From assembly GCA_045105515.1 (NCBI GenBank), contig JBGCDR010000449.1:1-39297 (forward strand): a stretch of 39,297 nt of DNA, in the 5' to 3' direction. The notes beneath the pieces are model-generated. The model saw nothing but the letters and a program-made list of their open reading frames with translations, did no database searches and had not been told where the DNA came from. Source of the DNA: Oligoflexales bacterium. GTDB lineage: Bacteria > Bdellovibrionota_B > Oligoflexia > Oligoflexales > Bog-1112. The first letter of the stretch is position 1. Every line of letters begins with the position of its first letter. Of this stretch, positions 18,502-28,653 are shown piece after piece. The position numbers and the translations under genes were made by a program.

Positions 18502-20693
18502 AGTGGTGTTCTAATATAAGAATTTCTTCTACCAGTGTGGAGTTTCTTATAACTTTCAATTAATCTTAGATGTTTGTCCAGGCCTTCTAAATCCATGTTT
18601 GTCCTAGTTAGTCCAGGGAATTTAATGTCTCCTTTGATAGCCCCCAAGACACAAGTCATAATTTCCTTACCAAACATTTTAGTCAAATTTTCCTGGTATT
18701 GTTCTATTTGTAATTTATCATCAAGTTTAACATGAAGAACAGCACTCATTGCTTGATAAAACAATCTTCTTTCCACAGAATTATCATTATAATTTAGGAA
18801 TCCTCCAACTAAATCCTGTGCATCTTTATATTTTTTTAAAGCTAAATAAATAAGTATTTTTAATTCTCCGAAATCCAATTTACCCCAAACTGTATTTTCA
18901 TCAAATTCTATGCCAATGTATTCAGAAACAAGGGCGTAATTATCTATTTCATGATCATCTATCCTCTTCACTAGATTTTCTAACTCTTGCTCACTCAAAG
19001 AATGAATATTCAGAATATCTTCGCGAAATTCAATAGCCCGATTTGTGTTATTCCATACCAGGTCCTCAATTGGATAGATTTCCGAGAATCCTGGTACAAG
19101 AATCCTACAGGCCTTTCCACCGAAATCTTCATAGTTAGCAATATAAACTTCTTTATCTAGCTTATTCAATATTTCGAGGAGATAGCTATTTTCTTCTGTG
19201 CTAGTGCCCCTAAAGTCCCAATCACAGAAGTCATAATTGCATTCACTACTAAAAAACTTCCAAGACACAACACCAGCTGAATCAATAAAATGCTCTACAA
19301 AGTTATTAGGCTCTTTTAAGGCAAAGCTGTTAAAAGTAGGCAAAGGCACGTCATTAAGTCCTTCAAAACTTCTTCCTTGTAACAACTCTGTCAAACTACG
19401 TTCTAATGCTACTTCAAAACTCGGATGAGCTCCAAAAGAAGCAAAAACTCCGCCAGTTTTAGGATTCATCAGAGTCACACAAATAACTGGAAATTGCCCC
19501 CCAAGAGAGGAGTCTTTTACCAAAATCGGAAACCCTTTTTTTTCAAGCTCTAAGATCCCTTCGCAGACCTTAGGATATCTTTGTAAAATTTCTTGAGGAA
19601 CATCTGGAAGCGTTAATTCTTCTTCAATAACTTGTTTTTTAACAGCTCTTTCAAATATTTCTGATAGGCATTGAACCTGGGCTTCATGCATTGAATTACC
19701 AGCACTCATTCCATTGCTTACAAATAAGTTACCAACAAGACTCACAGGAACATAGACCTTCTTTTCGTCAGACTGACGAGTAAAGGGTAAAGCACAAACA
19801 CCCCGTTTTTTTTGACCAGAATTGGTATCGATTAGATCTGACCCCTTGAGTTCATCATCTGGATTATATAACCTGAGCATAAATGGGTCCATAAGTCCTT
19901 TAGGAATTCGATCATCAGAATCAATATGAAACCACCTTTCATCAGGGTAGTGTACAAAATCACTTTTACTGACTTCTTGTCCAAGATAATGATCGTTATA
20001 GAAATAATTACAGGCAATCCTTTCAATATATTCCCCTAGAGCTGAGCAAAGAGCACTTTCCTTTGTAGCGCCTTTGCCATTCGTAAAGCACATAGGTGAT
20101 TCCGCATCTCTAATATGAACCGACCAAACATTTGGGACAATATTTCTCCAGGAAGCTACCTCGATCTTGATACCCAATGAAGAGAGGATTTGGCTCATAT
20201 TTTTAATGGTATCTTCTAAAGGTAGATCCTTCCCAAGGATGATGGTCTTAGACTCTTGCTTAAAGAATTCCTGGCTAATTAGACTTGAATCAGCTGCCAA
20301 AGTGCCAACAGGTTCAATTACAAATTCTGGACCTTGCTGAACCACTTTTTTAACAGTACAGCGATCAATAGCTCTAATAATCCCTTCCCTATCACGCTTG
20401 GGGAGATCTTCTGGTATTTCTACCTTAATTTGAAAAGACTGCTTATAACGATTTTCAGGATCAATGATATTATTTTGCGATAAGCGAATGTTTTCCGTCG
20501 GTATTTTACGAGCCAGACAATAAACTTTCACAAAATAAGCAGCACAAAGAGCGGAAGAAGCTAAAAAGTAGTCAAAAGGACTTGGTGCGGAACCATCGCC
20601 TTTATACCTTATTGGCTGATCAGTTGTAACTGTGTAATCATCAAACTTCGCCTCAAGCCTCAGCTTATCCAAAAAGCGTACATTAATTTCCAT
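18498..20693 (-). CDS. OsmC-domain/YcaO-domain fusion protein
   Basis: N-terminal DQP...GDGSAPSPFDYFLASSALC...RCTVKK (OsmC/YhfA) followed by NGKGAT...SALGEYIER and SNGMSAGN...SEIFER (YcaO ATP-binding motifs). Confidence 0.92.
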   Translation of the reverse strand: MEINVRFLDKLRLEAKFDDYTVTTDQPIRYKGDGSAPSPFDYFLASSALCAAYFVKVYCLARKIPTENIRLSQNNIIDPENRYKQSFQIKVEIPEDLPKRDREGIIRAIDRCTVKKVVQQGPEFVIEPVGTLAADSSLISQEFFKQESKTIILGKDLPLEDTIKNMSQILSSLGIKIEVASWRNIVPNVWSVHIRDAESPMCFTNGKGATKESALCSALGEYIERIACNYFYNDHYLGQEVSKSDFVHYPDERWFHIDSDDRIPKGLMDPFMLRLYNPDDELKGSDLIDTNSGQKKRGVCALPFTRQSDEKKVYVPVSLVGNLFVSNGMSAGNSMHEAQVQCLSEIFERAVKKQVIEEELTLPDVPQEILQRYPKVCEGILELEKKGFPILVKDSSLGGQFPVICVTLMNPKTGGVFASFGAHPSFEVALERSLTELLQGRSFEGLNDVPLPTFNSFALKEPNNFVEHFIDSAGVVSWKFFSSECNYDFCDWDFRGTSTEENSYLLEILNKLDKEVYIANYEDFGGKACRILVPGFSEIYPIEDLVWNNTNRAIEFREDILNIHSLSEQELENLVKRIDDHEIDNYALVSEYIGIEFDENTVWGKLDFGELKILIYLALKKYKDAQDLVGGFLNYNDNSVERRLFYQAMSAVLHVKLDDKLQIEQYQENLTKMFGKEIMTCVLGAIKGDIKFPGLTRTNMDLEGLDKHLRLIESYKKLHTGRRNSYIRTPL

Positions 20694-20848
20694 AAGTTCA
20701 TGTCTTTCATCATTTCACTTGCATCATACAATAAATGTCTTATACGTAAAAAAGAACTGAATGAAAAGATCGAGAATAAAAACGATACAAACCACTGGCA
20801 ATTCATTAATATTATGTAATTTTTCGGAGAGCTAAATCAGCCTAGAGC

Positions 20849-21937
20849 CTATACAATAGGGAATTGGATACTTACCTCTGTTCCATTATTAGTAGTAGTT
20901 TTTGAAGATATGTTGGATTTAACTGCAATTTCAGCTCCATATTTATCGACAAACTTTTTTACCAAAGGTAAACCAAAACCCGTCCCTTTTTCTCCTTTGG
21001 TTCCAGGCATTGAAAAAGAGCGTCTAAAATCAAAGATATTTGGAAGAATATCGGCTGAAATTCCCACACCGTTATCTTTGACAGTCAGAATAATACTTTT
21101 TTCATAATCATAGACGGAAATACAAATAGCTTCCCCTGGATGAGAATACTTAATAGCGTTGGTGAGCAAATTTAAAAGCACTGAATTAACAAGAGAAACT
21201 GGTTCCGCAAAGACAAAAAGCTCCTTCTCGACCTTTAGCTCAACATGCAGGTCTTTCTGAGCCAACTTTTCTTCGACAATAAGTAGAGCATCAAATATCG
21301 CTTGCTTAATTGAAACCTTTGCTAGCTCGAGCTTGCCTTCATCCAGAACACTCATTTTTCTCACTAAACCAATGATACTAAGGCCATTATCAATAAGCTG
21401 CATGCACTTTTCACGATATTTTTTGCTACAATTTTTTGAAGATAATACCGGAAGAACTTGTTTTATAGGAAATAAAACATTGATTAGATCATGACAAAGG
21501 ATATGAATAATTTCTCGTTGCTCTAAATTTGCTAAATGTAAAAGCTCTGATTTCTTTTTTAGGGCTAAATGGGTTTTAACCCGAGCAATCAATTCTGCTC
21601 CCCTAAAAGGTTTAGTCACATAATCACAAGCTCCCACACCAAAGCCTTTAATAACATCTTCCTCATCAGATTTAGCTGACAAAAAAATGATTGGTACTTC
21701 AGAAAATCCCGGGCAATCTTTCAAAATCTTACAAGTTTTATAACCATCTAATCCCGGCATCATAATATCTAGTAAGATGACGTCAGGTTTGATTTTTTTT
21801 GCCTTTGTAATTGCTTCTTCACCACAAGTTGCAAAAGAAAGGTTGCAATCTATTTCTCGTTTTATAATATTTCCAGCTATCTGGATATTTTTTAAGTTAT
21901 CATCCACTATTAAGACAATGGACTTGCTTTCTTTCAT
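20849..21937 (-). CDS. Hybrid receiver-histidine kinase
   Basis: IVDD, LLDIMMP, VTKPF receiver; CHDL H-box; NLLTNAIKY, DNGVG, GTGFGL. Start overlaps the upstream stop (ATGA). Confidence 0.9.
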   Translation of the reverse strand: MKESKSIVLIVDDNLKNIQIAGNIIKREIDCNLSFATCGEEAITKAKKIKPDVILLDIMMPGLDGYKTCKILKDCPGFSEVPIIFLSAKSDEEDVIKGFGVGACDYVTKPFRGAELIARVKTHLALKKKSELLHLANLEQREIIHILCHDLINVLFPIKQVLPVLSSKNCSKKYREKCMQLIDNGLSIIGLVRKMSVLDEGKLELAKVSIKQAIFDALLIVEEKLAQKDLHVELKVEKELFVFAEPVSLVNSVLLNLLTNAIKYSHPGEAICISVYDYEKSIILTVKDNGVGISADILPNIFDFRRSFSMPGTKGEKGTGFGLPLVKKFVDKYGAEIAVKSNISSKTTTNNGTEVSIQFPIV

Positions 21938-23805
21938 ACTCCATCAATCCTTCCTACCATTTTTTTTAGTGTATTAATGGTCAAAGGCAGTTTTTCCACT
22001 TCAAAGTTGCCAACTTCAGACATAAGCTTTTCCCCAATTCTCTGCAAAGGAGGAAAGGAATGCCTTTTTCCAATATCGCAGATTTGGGCTGCCAAATCTG
22101 CGATATCTTCGGTGAGCATTAATTTTTCAACACTCAAGATTTTTTCATCGGTAATTACCCGCAAGTCTTTCTTTAGAAATTCAGAAACATTATTGTTTAT
22201 TAAAAATTGATCTTCTTGATTTTTAGGATCTAATTCTTTATCTATGCGATCAATTAGCGTATGTGGAAGATGGATCTTCATGATATTTAAAAGCTTCAAT
22301 CGGCTAACAGGTTTACGAATAAACTCATCACAAACCTTTAAGACTTCCCCCTCCATCCCATTGACTACGGAAGCTGTGACCACAAGTATAGGAATATGGC
22401 TGGTATGAGGGTCTCTTTTTAAAGAGATACTAGCCTCAAATCCATCTTTTTTGGGCATTTTTAAGTCCATCAAGATCAAATTTGGTATTTCCTGTTTAGC
22501 GATCTCTATAGCTTCTTCACCATCACAAGCTTCGTATATTATCAAGTTATGGCCCATTAAAAACTCTCTTAACAAACTCCTATTCAGGCCCAGGTCATCA
22601 ACGATCAAGACTTTTGCTGGACCAAGGATAATCTCTGACTCTTCGGAACTTGGTTCTTCGCAAGAAATAGCCGATACTTCAATACCATTTAAAGCTATAT
22701 TAAACGTTGATCCCCTTCCTAATTCACTTTGCGCCCAAATTTTCCCTCCCATCATACTTACCAACCGCTTTGTAATGCTTAGTCCAAGGCCTGTTCCAAC
22801 ACCAGCTAAAACCACAGCACTCCCTTGGCCTTGAGTAAAAGAGTCGAAAATGCTCTCCAGCTGCCCCTTAGGTATTCCAATACCAGTATCAATAACCTTA
22901 ATAATGAGATTTATAGAACTATCAGTTTTTTCATCGTTAGCCATGGAAACTTGAATTTTGATTTCACCTTTTTCAGTGAATTTTACTGCGTTCCCAACTA
23001 AGTTAAGTAGAATCTGCCTAATACGCAAATCGTCCAGCATCAAAGTCTTAGGTAAGCCTACATCAATTGTCACTCTAAATAATAATTGCTTCTTCGAAAT
23101 TTCCTGCGCAAATATTTTTTCTATATCAGTAATAATTGATTCAAATTGACAGGGAGCATATTTTAGCTCTAGCTTCCCAGCTTCAATTTTTGACAAATCG
23201 AGGATATCATTTATCAGATTGAGTAGGGTCTTGCCGCTAGTTTTAATAGCTCGTAAATACTCGAGACATTTTTCGTCTTGTAGGTGACTTTCTAGAATAT
23301 CTGCAAAGCCAAAAATTGCATTCATTGGTGTACGGATTTCGTGACTCATATTTGCTAGAAATTCACTCTTGGCGGAATTGGCGCGCTCAGAAGCTTGTTT
23401 CGCCTTAACCAACTCAAGATCCACCTTGACCTTTTTACTAATGTCGCGAATCGAACTTGCAATTAAAGTTCCTTCCTCGGTCTTAATCGGACTCAGCGTA
23501 ATATCTACGTTAAATTCCGAACCATCTTTTTTACGTCCAAAAAGTTGTTTTCCGGAGTTCATGGACCTGGTTTGGGGACTAGCAATGTAACCTTTCCTCA
23601 AGCTAGTATGGCCTTTTACAAAGCGAGGTGGTAGCAAAACTTCAATTGGCTGACCAATTAGCTCATCTTTTGCATAGGCAAAGAGCTCCTCTGCCCTACG
23701 GTTACAAAAAGCGATCTCCCCAACTTGATTAACCAAAATCAGCCCATCGGGTGAACACTCTAGAATTTGATGCAGAACGGCCTCATTAAACTTAATAAGC
23801 TTCAT
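21934..23805 (-). CDS. Cytoplasmic PAS-histidine kinase-receiver hybrid
   Basis: PAS (SPDGLILVN...GRKKDGSEF), FLANMSHEIRTPMN, NLVGNAVKFT, GTGLGL, receiver LMDLKMP. Confidence 0.93.
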   Translation of the reverse strand: MKLIKFNEAVLHQILECSPDGLILVNQVGEIAFCNRRAEELFAYAKDELIGQPIEVLLPPRFVKGHTSLRKGYIASPQTRSMNSGKQLFGRKKDGSEFNVDITLSPIKTEEGTLIASSIRDISKKVKVDLELVKAKQASERANSAKSEFLANMSHEIRTPMNAIFGFADILESHLQDEKCLEYLRAIKTSGKTLLNLINDILDLSKIEAGKLELKYAPCQFESIITDIEKIFAQEISKKQLLFRVTIDVGLPKTLMLDDLRIRQILLNLVGNAVKFTEKGEIKIQVSMANDEKTDSSINLIIKVIDTGIGIPKGQLESIFDSFTQGQGSAVVLAGVGTGLGLSITKRLVSMMGGKIWAQSELGRGSTFNIALNGIEVSAISCEEPSSEESEIILGPAKVLIVDDLGLNRSLLREFLMGHNLIIYEACDGEEAIEIAKQEIPNLILMDLKMPKKDGFEASISLKRDPHTSHIPILVVTASVVNGMEGEVLKVCDEFIRKPVSRLKLLNIMKIHLPHTLIDRIDKELDPKNQEDQFLINNNVSEFLKKDLRVITDEKILSVEKLMLTEDIADLAAQICDIGKRHSFPPLQRIGEKLMSEVGNFEVEKLPLTINTLKKMVGRIDGV

Positions 23806-24155
23806 GAACTAACACTTTCGCATAATTCTGGTGAAACCCACCCAAACTCTCAGGGAAGAGCTTTTTACTACTCTACCCTTAGGAATTGATTCCCTCTCCA
23901 GTAAAGAGGAGACTTGGTTAAAGTGGGTCAATGTGCCATCTTTAGCAAACTTTAACTAGATCTTCAACAACTTAGTCGTCCTTAACAAAGTATCAAAGGA
24001 GATGAAATTACAGAGAATCTCAGAACGATATTAGATGAACCTAATTCCACAAAAACAACTGTTATGAAGATTGTACCCATTTAATCCTTTTATAACGCAA
24101 CATAAAATTTAGATGGGGCTAAAAAGCAAAGCATCATATCTTTTCAGGAGGGAAT

Positions 24156-24419
24156 ATGAGTGCCGATACTTCCGATGACGGTCAAAAAGCCAACAAAAAC
24201 AAGCAAGGAAGCGGAAGCTCCGAGCGAGCTAGCGAATACCTAAATGAATTTTATGAGAGGCTAGAAAAATTCGCAAAATCGACAAACGATTCGTTTAAAA
24301 GCGAAATTCTTCCAGAAATCGAAAAGAAAGCCAAAGAAAACCCATTCATGTCAATGCTTTTATCTTTCATGGCTGGAGCCCTCCTTTGTTTATTTATTGG
24401 AAGGAGAAAATCATCGTGA
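24156..24419 (+). CDS. DUF883/ElaB/YqjD-like C-tail-anchored small protein
   Basis: AGGAGG RBS; ENPFMSMLLSFMAGALLCLFIGRR tail typical of the family. Confidence 0.65.
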   Translation: MSADTSDDGQKANKNKQGSGSSERASEYLNEFYERLEKFAKSTNDSFKSEILPEIEKKAKENPFMSMLLSFMAGALLCLFIGRRKSS

Positions 24420-24787
24420 GCAACACAAGCAGACCTGGCCACAGTTTCTTGCAGATGATTTTTGCACCAATGAAGCTGCTAGCACATATCTACCTAGAAG
24501 TGCTTGGAGATGATATTAGAAAAGAAAGCGCCCGTTGCTTGAGTGCTATTATCATGCTCTCCGTAGGGTTTTTCTTTGTTTTTAACACTATATTGATAAT
24601 TAATGCCTTAGGGGTTTTCTTACTCAACACCTTGTTTAACAATTGGTTATGGTCACTTTTGGTGGTACTGGGCTTACAATTCGTGCTTGCAATTCTCTTT
24701 GTATTTTTAGCTAAATCGGCCCTTTCTGGTCCATATTTTTCTAAAACACGAAAAATGTTGGATAAAGCATATCGCGAATTCGAATAG
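24416..24787 (+). CDS. YqjE/phage-holin-superfamily-like two-TM membrane protein
   Basis: GTG at 24416 overlapping the upstream TGA with AAGGAG RBS, two TM helices, usual pairing with DUF883 genes. Confidence 0.6.
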   Translation: MSNTSRPGHSFLQMIFAPMKLLAHIYLEVLGDDIRKESARCLSAIIMLSVGFFFVFNTILIINALGVFLLNTLFNNWLWSLLVVLGLQFVLAILFVFLAKSALSGPYFSKTRKMLDKAYREFE

Positions 24788-24811
24788 ATTGCACTCTAAG
24801 TTTACCCGACT

Positions 24812-26452
24812 TTAAATATTATTTTTAAATAAGTCTCTAAAATCAACATAATTGCTTCTAATGTTCAAATATAAGTCAGTGTGCCAGCAATCCTCATCAT
24901 CGTTATCACCCGTTGCTATGACATTAAATTTTAATTCTTCTTCCTTTTCTAAGATTGAAGCTAAAGGTGAAAGCGAATCGGTATCTAAAAAGAAATCGAC
25001 TGGCCCTGGTACATCATGGCCAGGAAACTCACAGTTCTGATAGCCTTCAAAGCAAAAACGATCTCCATGGAACTCATAATACTTACCTTTAATTTCGGCA
25101 AAATCCCAAAAGTAGAAATCATTATTGATCGGCATTTCTCTTAATAGCAAGTGATTACTAAGCATTAGAATATAATCATTGAGCGTCAACACTAAAAAAT
25201 CATCATATTGAATATTATCATCTGTATGTGATGTAACTTCCAACTCACATAAAACGGCAAACTTGGGAATATCAAGCGTGTGAGATTGGACTTCTCTTGC
25301 TTGGAGATAATAGTTTTTTCTCCACAGATTATCATATGGTCCCAGCATATTTTTATTACGTTTTTTACCCCAACTACAATCCTCGCGCTCAGGGTAAAAG
25401 AATTCTTGATCAATTTGCTCTTTTGGAAAGTTTTGACAAAGGTAGACTACATCCTCCTTGGTTAAATTCCCTTTGAGTGCTTCCAAAACTTCATCAGGAA
25501 TTTCTTCACCACCTGTTTCCCCCTCCGAATCTGAATCTGAATTTTCACTTCCATCAGTGGAGTCTGAGCTTCCTCCATCATCTGAATTTTCGCTCTCTTC
25601 TTCGTCTGAAGAATCAGAACCATCATCACCCGAACCATCTTCTTGACCACTACCTCCATCATCCTCATTTGATGAACCATCTGAATCTTCTGATGAGTCC
25701 CCCGAATCTGATTCTTCTGATGAACCATCCGAGTCTTCCTCTGGCTCCTCAGGGGGGGTTGAGCTAGCAAGAATCTCTTTAGTCTCCTGCAGGTACTGAA
25801 TTATTATTTCACCTTCGTATGATTGGGCAGGTGTTTCAACTTCTTTTAGAAAAAAGCACACTTCACGCTCATAAATTTTTTCAATATTGCTAGGAAAATG
25901 CTCCAAAGTTAAAGATTCTGGAAAGATTGGGACATCCACCTTGTTCTCAAGGCCAATGAGAAGCGGTACGGTAACCTTTGTCAACACTTCTCCAGTAATA
26001 CCAGTAGTGGAAATCCTCAACCATGACTTAATACCAGTATTGTCGTTGTCCTGCACGCTAATAGTAAGGCAGCCAACAGGGGTTTCTAGTCCAGAGAGTA
26101 TTTCTGGCAGTTTGATATTTCCAGTGATCGATAAGTATTGATCAGCTGTAAGTCCAAATCTACTTTTACTCACCATTTTTCCACTAATATGAAAAGACTC
26201 TGAATGGATAACCTGCTCTTTTGATGTTCGTTTAAGTTGAATGCTTGCAAAGGCGTCAGCACTTTCGCCTCTAAAAGAATCCTCAATAACATTTGTGGGT
26301 CCGCTCGCTAACTCTCCTCCGATCTGAACGTTATCAGAAAATTCAGAATCATGTACTAACTCCGAACTACCTTTCGAGCAGGCAAAAAAGGCACCCAAAA
26401 AAATAACCATTAATACCATTTTACCTAATGGTCTTGCTTGTAAACTTGTCAT
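24812..26452 (-). CDS. Hypothetical lipoprotein with two domains joined by a Ser/Asp/Glu/Gly-rich linker
   Basis: Lipobox-like FFAC, low-complexity linker at ~25500-25765, Cys-containing C-terminal domain. Confidence 0.7.
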   Translation of the reverse strand: MTSLQARPLGKMVLMVIFLGAFFACSKGSSELVHDSEFSDNVQIGGELASGPTNVIEDSFRGESADAFASIQLKRTSKEQVIHSESFHISGKMVSKSRFGLTADQYLSITGNIKLPEILSGLETPVGCLTISVQDNDNTGIKSWLRISTTGITGEVLTKVTVPLLIGLENKVDVPIFPESLTLEHFPSNIEKIYEREVCFFLKEVETPAQSYEGEIIIQYLQETKEILASSTPPEEPEEDSDGSSEESDSGDSSEDSDGSSNEDDGGSGQEDGSGDDGSDSSDEEESENSDDGGSSDSTDGSENSDSDSEGETGGEEIPDEVLEALKGNLTKEDVVYLCQNFPKEQIDQEFFYPEREDCSWGKKRNKNMLGPYDNLWRKNYYLQAREVQSHTLDIPKFAVLCELEVTSHTDDNIQYDDFLVLTLNDYILMLSNHLLLREMPINNDFYFWDFAEIKGKYYEFHGDRFCFEGYQNCEFPGHDVPGPVDFFLDTDSLSPLASILEKEEELKFNVIATGDNDDEDCWHTDLYLNIRSNYVDFRDLFKNNI

Positions 26453-26706
26453 GATTTCCTCTAAATCTCATTTTTTAAAACGAGTCCAAGCTCCTAAATT
26501 GGGCTCAATTAACTCTTCAGTATCAAGCGAATTAAAGTTTAGCTTATAACCATTTATCTGTGATTTTAGATGAATAGAATGAAGATTACTGAATGGTATA
26601 AATATGATCCCACACTAATAAAGAAAACTTAATAGGATAAAACCTCATGAATTTCTGCTGTAAATCTGCGAAACATAGTTAGGCAAAATTTACTCTTAAA
26701 GTTGAC

Positions 26707-26733
26707 TAGAGTTTTCATTTCTTTCTCCGATCG
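26707..26733 (+). promoter_or_regulatory. Putative sigma28-type promoter
   Basis: TAGAGTTT-N11-TCCGATCG versus extended consensus TAAAGTTT-N11-GCCGATAA. Confidence 0.35.
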
Positions 26734-26774
26734 CTAAAATATAATAAGCAACCTAAACATTAGATGGGTCTAAC

Positions 26775-28643
26775 GTGAGTTTAAACTACGACAAAATCGT
26801 AAAAAAGAGTGAATCTGGCGATTCCATGTGGTCATCATACAGTGATCTGTTTATGATCCTAAGTATGGTCTTCTTATTACTATATGTAACTGCAAGTTTG
26901 CGGACTGGAACTTTTAGTATTCAAAAACATCAAGAATACCAGAAACTTGTAACCGAGCTCCAGGATCTCAAAGAACAAAACCGCGTATACAACACCTTGA
27001 AAGATGACTATCTCAGCAACAGAGCCGAAAATAATGAACAAAAGGTATACAACGAACTCATGGACCAGCTGAACCTCTTACAAGATGAAGCTAACATCGA
27101 AAAAGAGGCTCTTAAACAGCAAGCTACTGAGCTTGATAAGAAAGAAAAAGCACTCAATCATTACCAAAGAATCGTTAGAAATATTATTAATGCTAATGTC
27201 TTAGCAAAAGAGGGCTTGCAAAAACGTGACAAAGTTATCAAGAAAAAACAAAATGTCATAGAGACACAGATTCAGGAAATAACTGATAAAACCAAGCAGA
27301 TTGTTCAGAACGAAAAAGTTATATCTGATAAAACAAAGGAATTGAAGCTTAAACAAAAAATAATTAAGCAGAAAAAATCACTGCTATCACGAAAAACAAA
27401 AGAAATTGAAAATTTAAACCAAGAAATCGATAGCAAAAAACGCACGATAGTAAAAAATAACCGTAAAATAAAACGTATAAATAGAGAATTAGATAAAAAG
27501 ATAGATTCACTTAAAGCTACTAATATGTCCAGGTCTCAACTTAAAAAAGAAATTGCAAAAATAAAAGAAGAATCAACTGATCAAATTAAGGACTTGAAAA
27601 CGCAAAATAATGATATCACTTCAGAACTTAATTACTCGCGAGCCCAAATTTCAAATGCCAACCAACAACTAACCAAAGCTCAAAAAACCATCGATACTGT
27701 AAAAAGCCAGAAGAAGAACCTAGCAAAAGAACTAAGGGAAACCGAGCAACAATTCGCAGTCCAATCAAAACAAATGCAAGCCGAATTTGATGCTGAGATG
27801 TCTAAAAAAGTCGCTGCCATGCAAGCTGATATTGATAAGCAAAAACTATCGGCGGCAGAAAAAAGAAAGGCTCAAAAAGCTCTCAAGCGCGAAATAGCCA
27901 AACAAAAAGGAGAATTCAAGAATAAAATCAATAATTTGAAAAATCAAATTAGTGATTCTGAAGCTCAAAGAAAAAAGGCTGAAGAAAAAGCTGACCAGTT
28001 TCAGGACTACCTAAGTTCACTCAAAAAGGAAAATGAGTCTCTTGAAGAAGATGTCGCAAAACTAAGGCCGCTGGTTAAAGCAAGACAGGAATTAGCAAAA
28101 AAGCTAAAACGCAACCTAAAAAAGGTGGGTCTTGAATCTGCAGTAGATGAAAAAACCGGTGATGTAGTACTAACTTTTGGAGATGAATACTTCGCCACCG
28201 ATAGCTCTAATCTGAAATCTAATATGAAGCGAATTTTAAAACAATTTGTTCCGACCTACTCGTCATCTCTATTAGCAGATGAAAAAATTGCCGATAAAAT
28301 CTCTTCAGTTGAAATCATTGGATTTGCATCTCCGACATATCGAGGAAAATATATCGATCCACAAAGCTTATCCCCTGAAGATCGTCAAGCCGTCAGATAC
28401 AACTTAGACCTTAGTTATAAACGAGCAAAATCTATCTTTGACTACATTTTTGATACAGGAAAAATGAAATATAGGCAACAAAAAAATCTACTTCCGCTTG
28501 TCAAGGTAACGGGCAGAAGTTTTCTTTCTAAGGGTATTGAAGGTAAAACTTTAGATGCCGGCATGAGTCGCAGAGCCTATTGTAAAAAATTCAACTGTGC
28601 TAAAGAACAAAGAGTAATCATAAAATTCAACCTTTCAAATTGA
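26775..28643 (+). CDS. MotB/ZorB-like protein: N-terminal TM with conserved Asp, ~400-aa coiled coil, C-terminal OmpA-like domain
   Basis: WSSYSDLFMILSMVFLLLYV (Asp24), K/E/Q-rich coil at aa ~48-450, then YFATDSSNL, VEIIGFAS, YNLDLSYKRAKSI, QRVIIKF. Confidence 0.8.
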   Translation: MSLNYDKIVKKSESGDSMWSSYSDLFMILSMVFLLLYVTASLRTGTFSIQKHQEYQKLVTELQDLKEQNRVYNTLKDDYLSNRAENNEQKVYNELMDQLNLLQDEANIEKEALKQQATELDKKEKALNHYQRIVRNIINANVLAKEGLQKRDKVIKKKQNVIETQIQEITDKTKQIVQNEKVISDKTKELKLKQKIIKQKKSLLSRKTKEIENLNQEIDSKKRTIVKNNRKIKRINRELDKKIDSLKATNMSRSQLKKEIAKIKEESTDQIKDLKTQNNDITSELNYSRAQISNANQQLTKAQKTIDTVKSQKKNLAKELRETEQQFAVQSKQMQAEFDAEMSKKVAAMQADIDKQKLSAAEKRKAQKALKREIAKQKGEFKNKINNLKNQISDSEAQRKKAEEKADQFQDYLSSLKKENESLEEDVAKLRPLVKARQELAKKLKRNLKKVGLESAVDEKTGDVVLTFGDEYFATDSSNLKSNMKRILKQFVPTYSSSLLADEKIADKISSVEIIGFASPTYRGKYIDPQSLSPEDRQAVRYNLDLSYKRAKSIFDYIFDTGKMKYRQQKNLLPLVKVTGRSFLSKGIEGKTLDAGMSRRAYCKKFNCAKEQRVIIKFNLSN

Positions 28644-28653
28644 GGTAAACCCA

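Noticed and set aside
23806..24155. Structured RNA or c-di-GMP riboswitch in the 350-bp intergenic region
   Set aside because: Only weak short stems and no recognisable GEMM consensus.
24416..24787. Prophage lysis gene
   Set aside because: Holin-superfamily YqjE-like genes paired with DUF883 genes are ordinary chromosomal genes, and no endolysin or phage genes are nearby.
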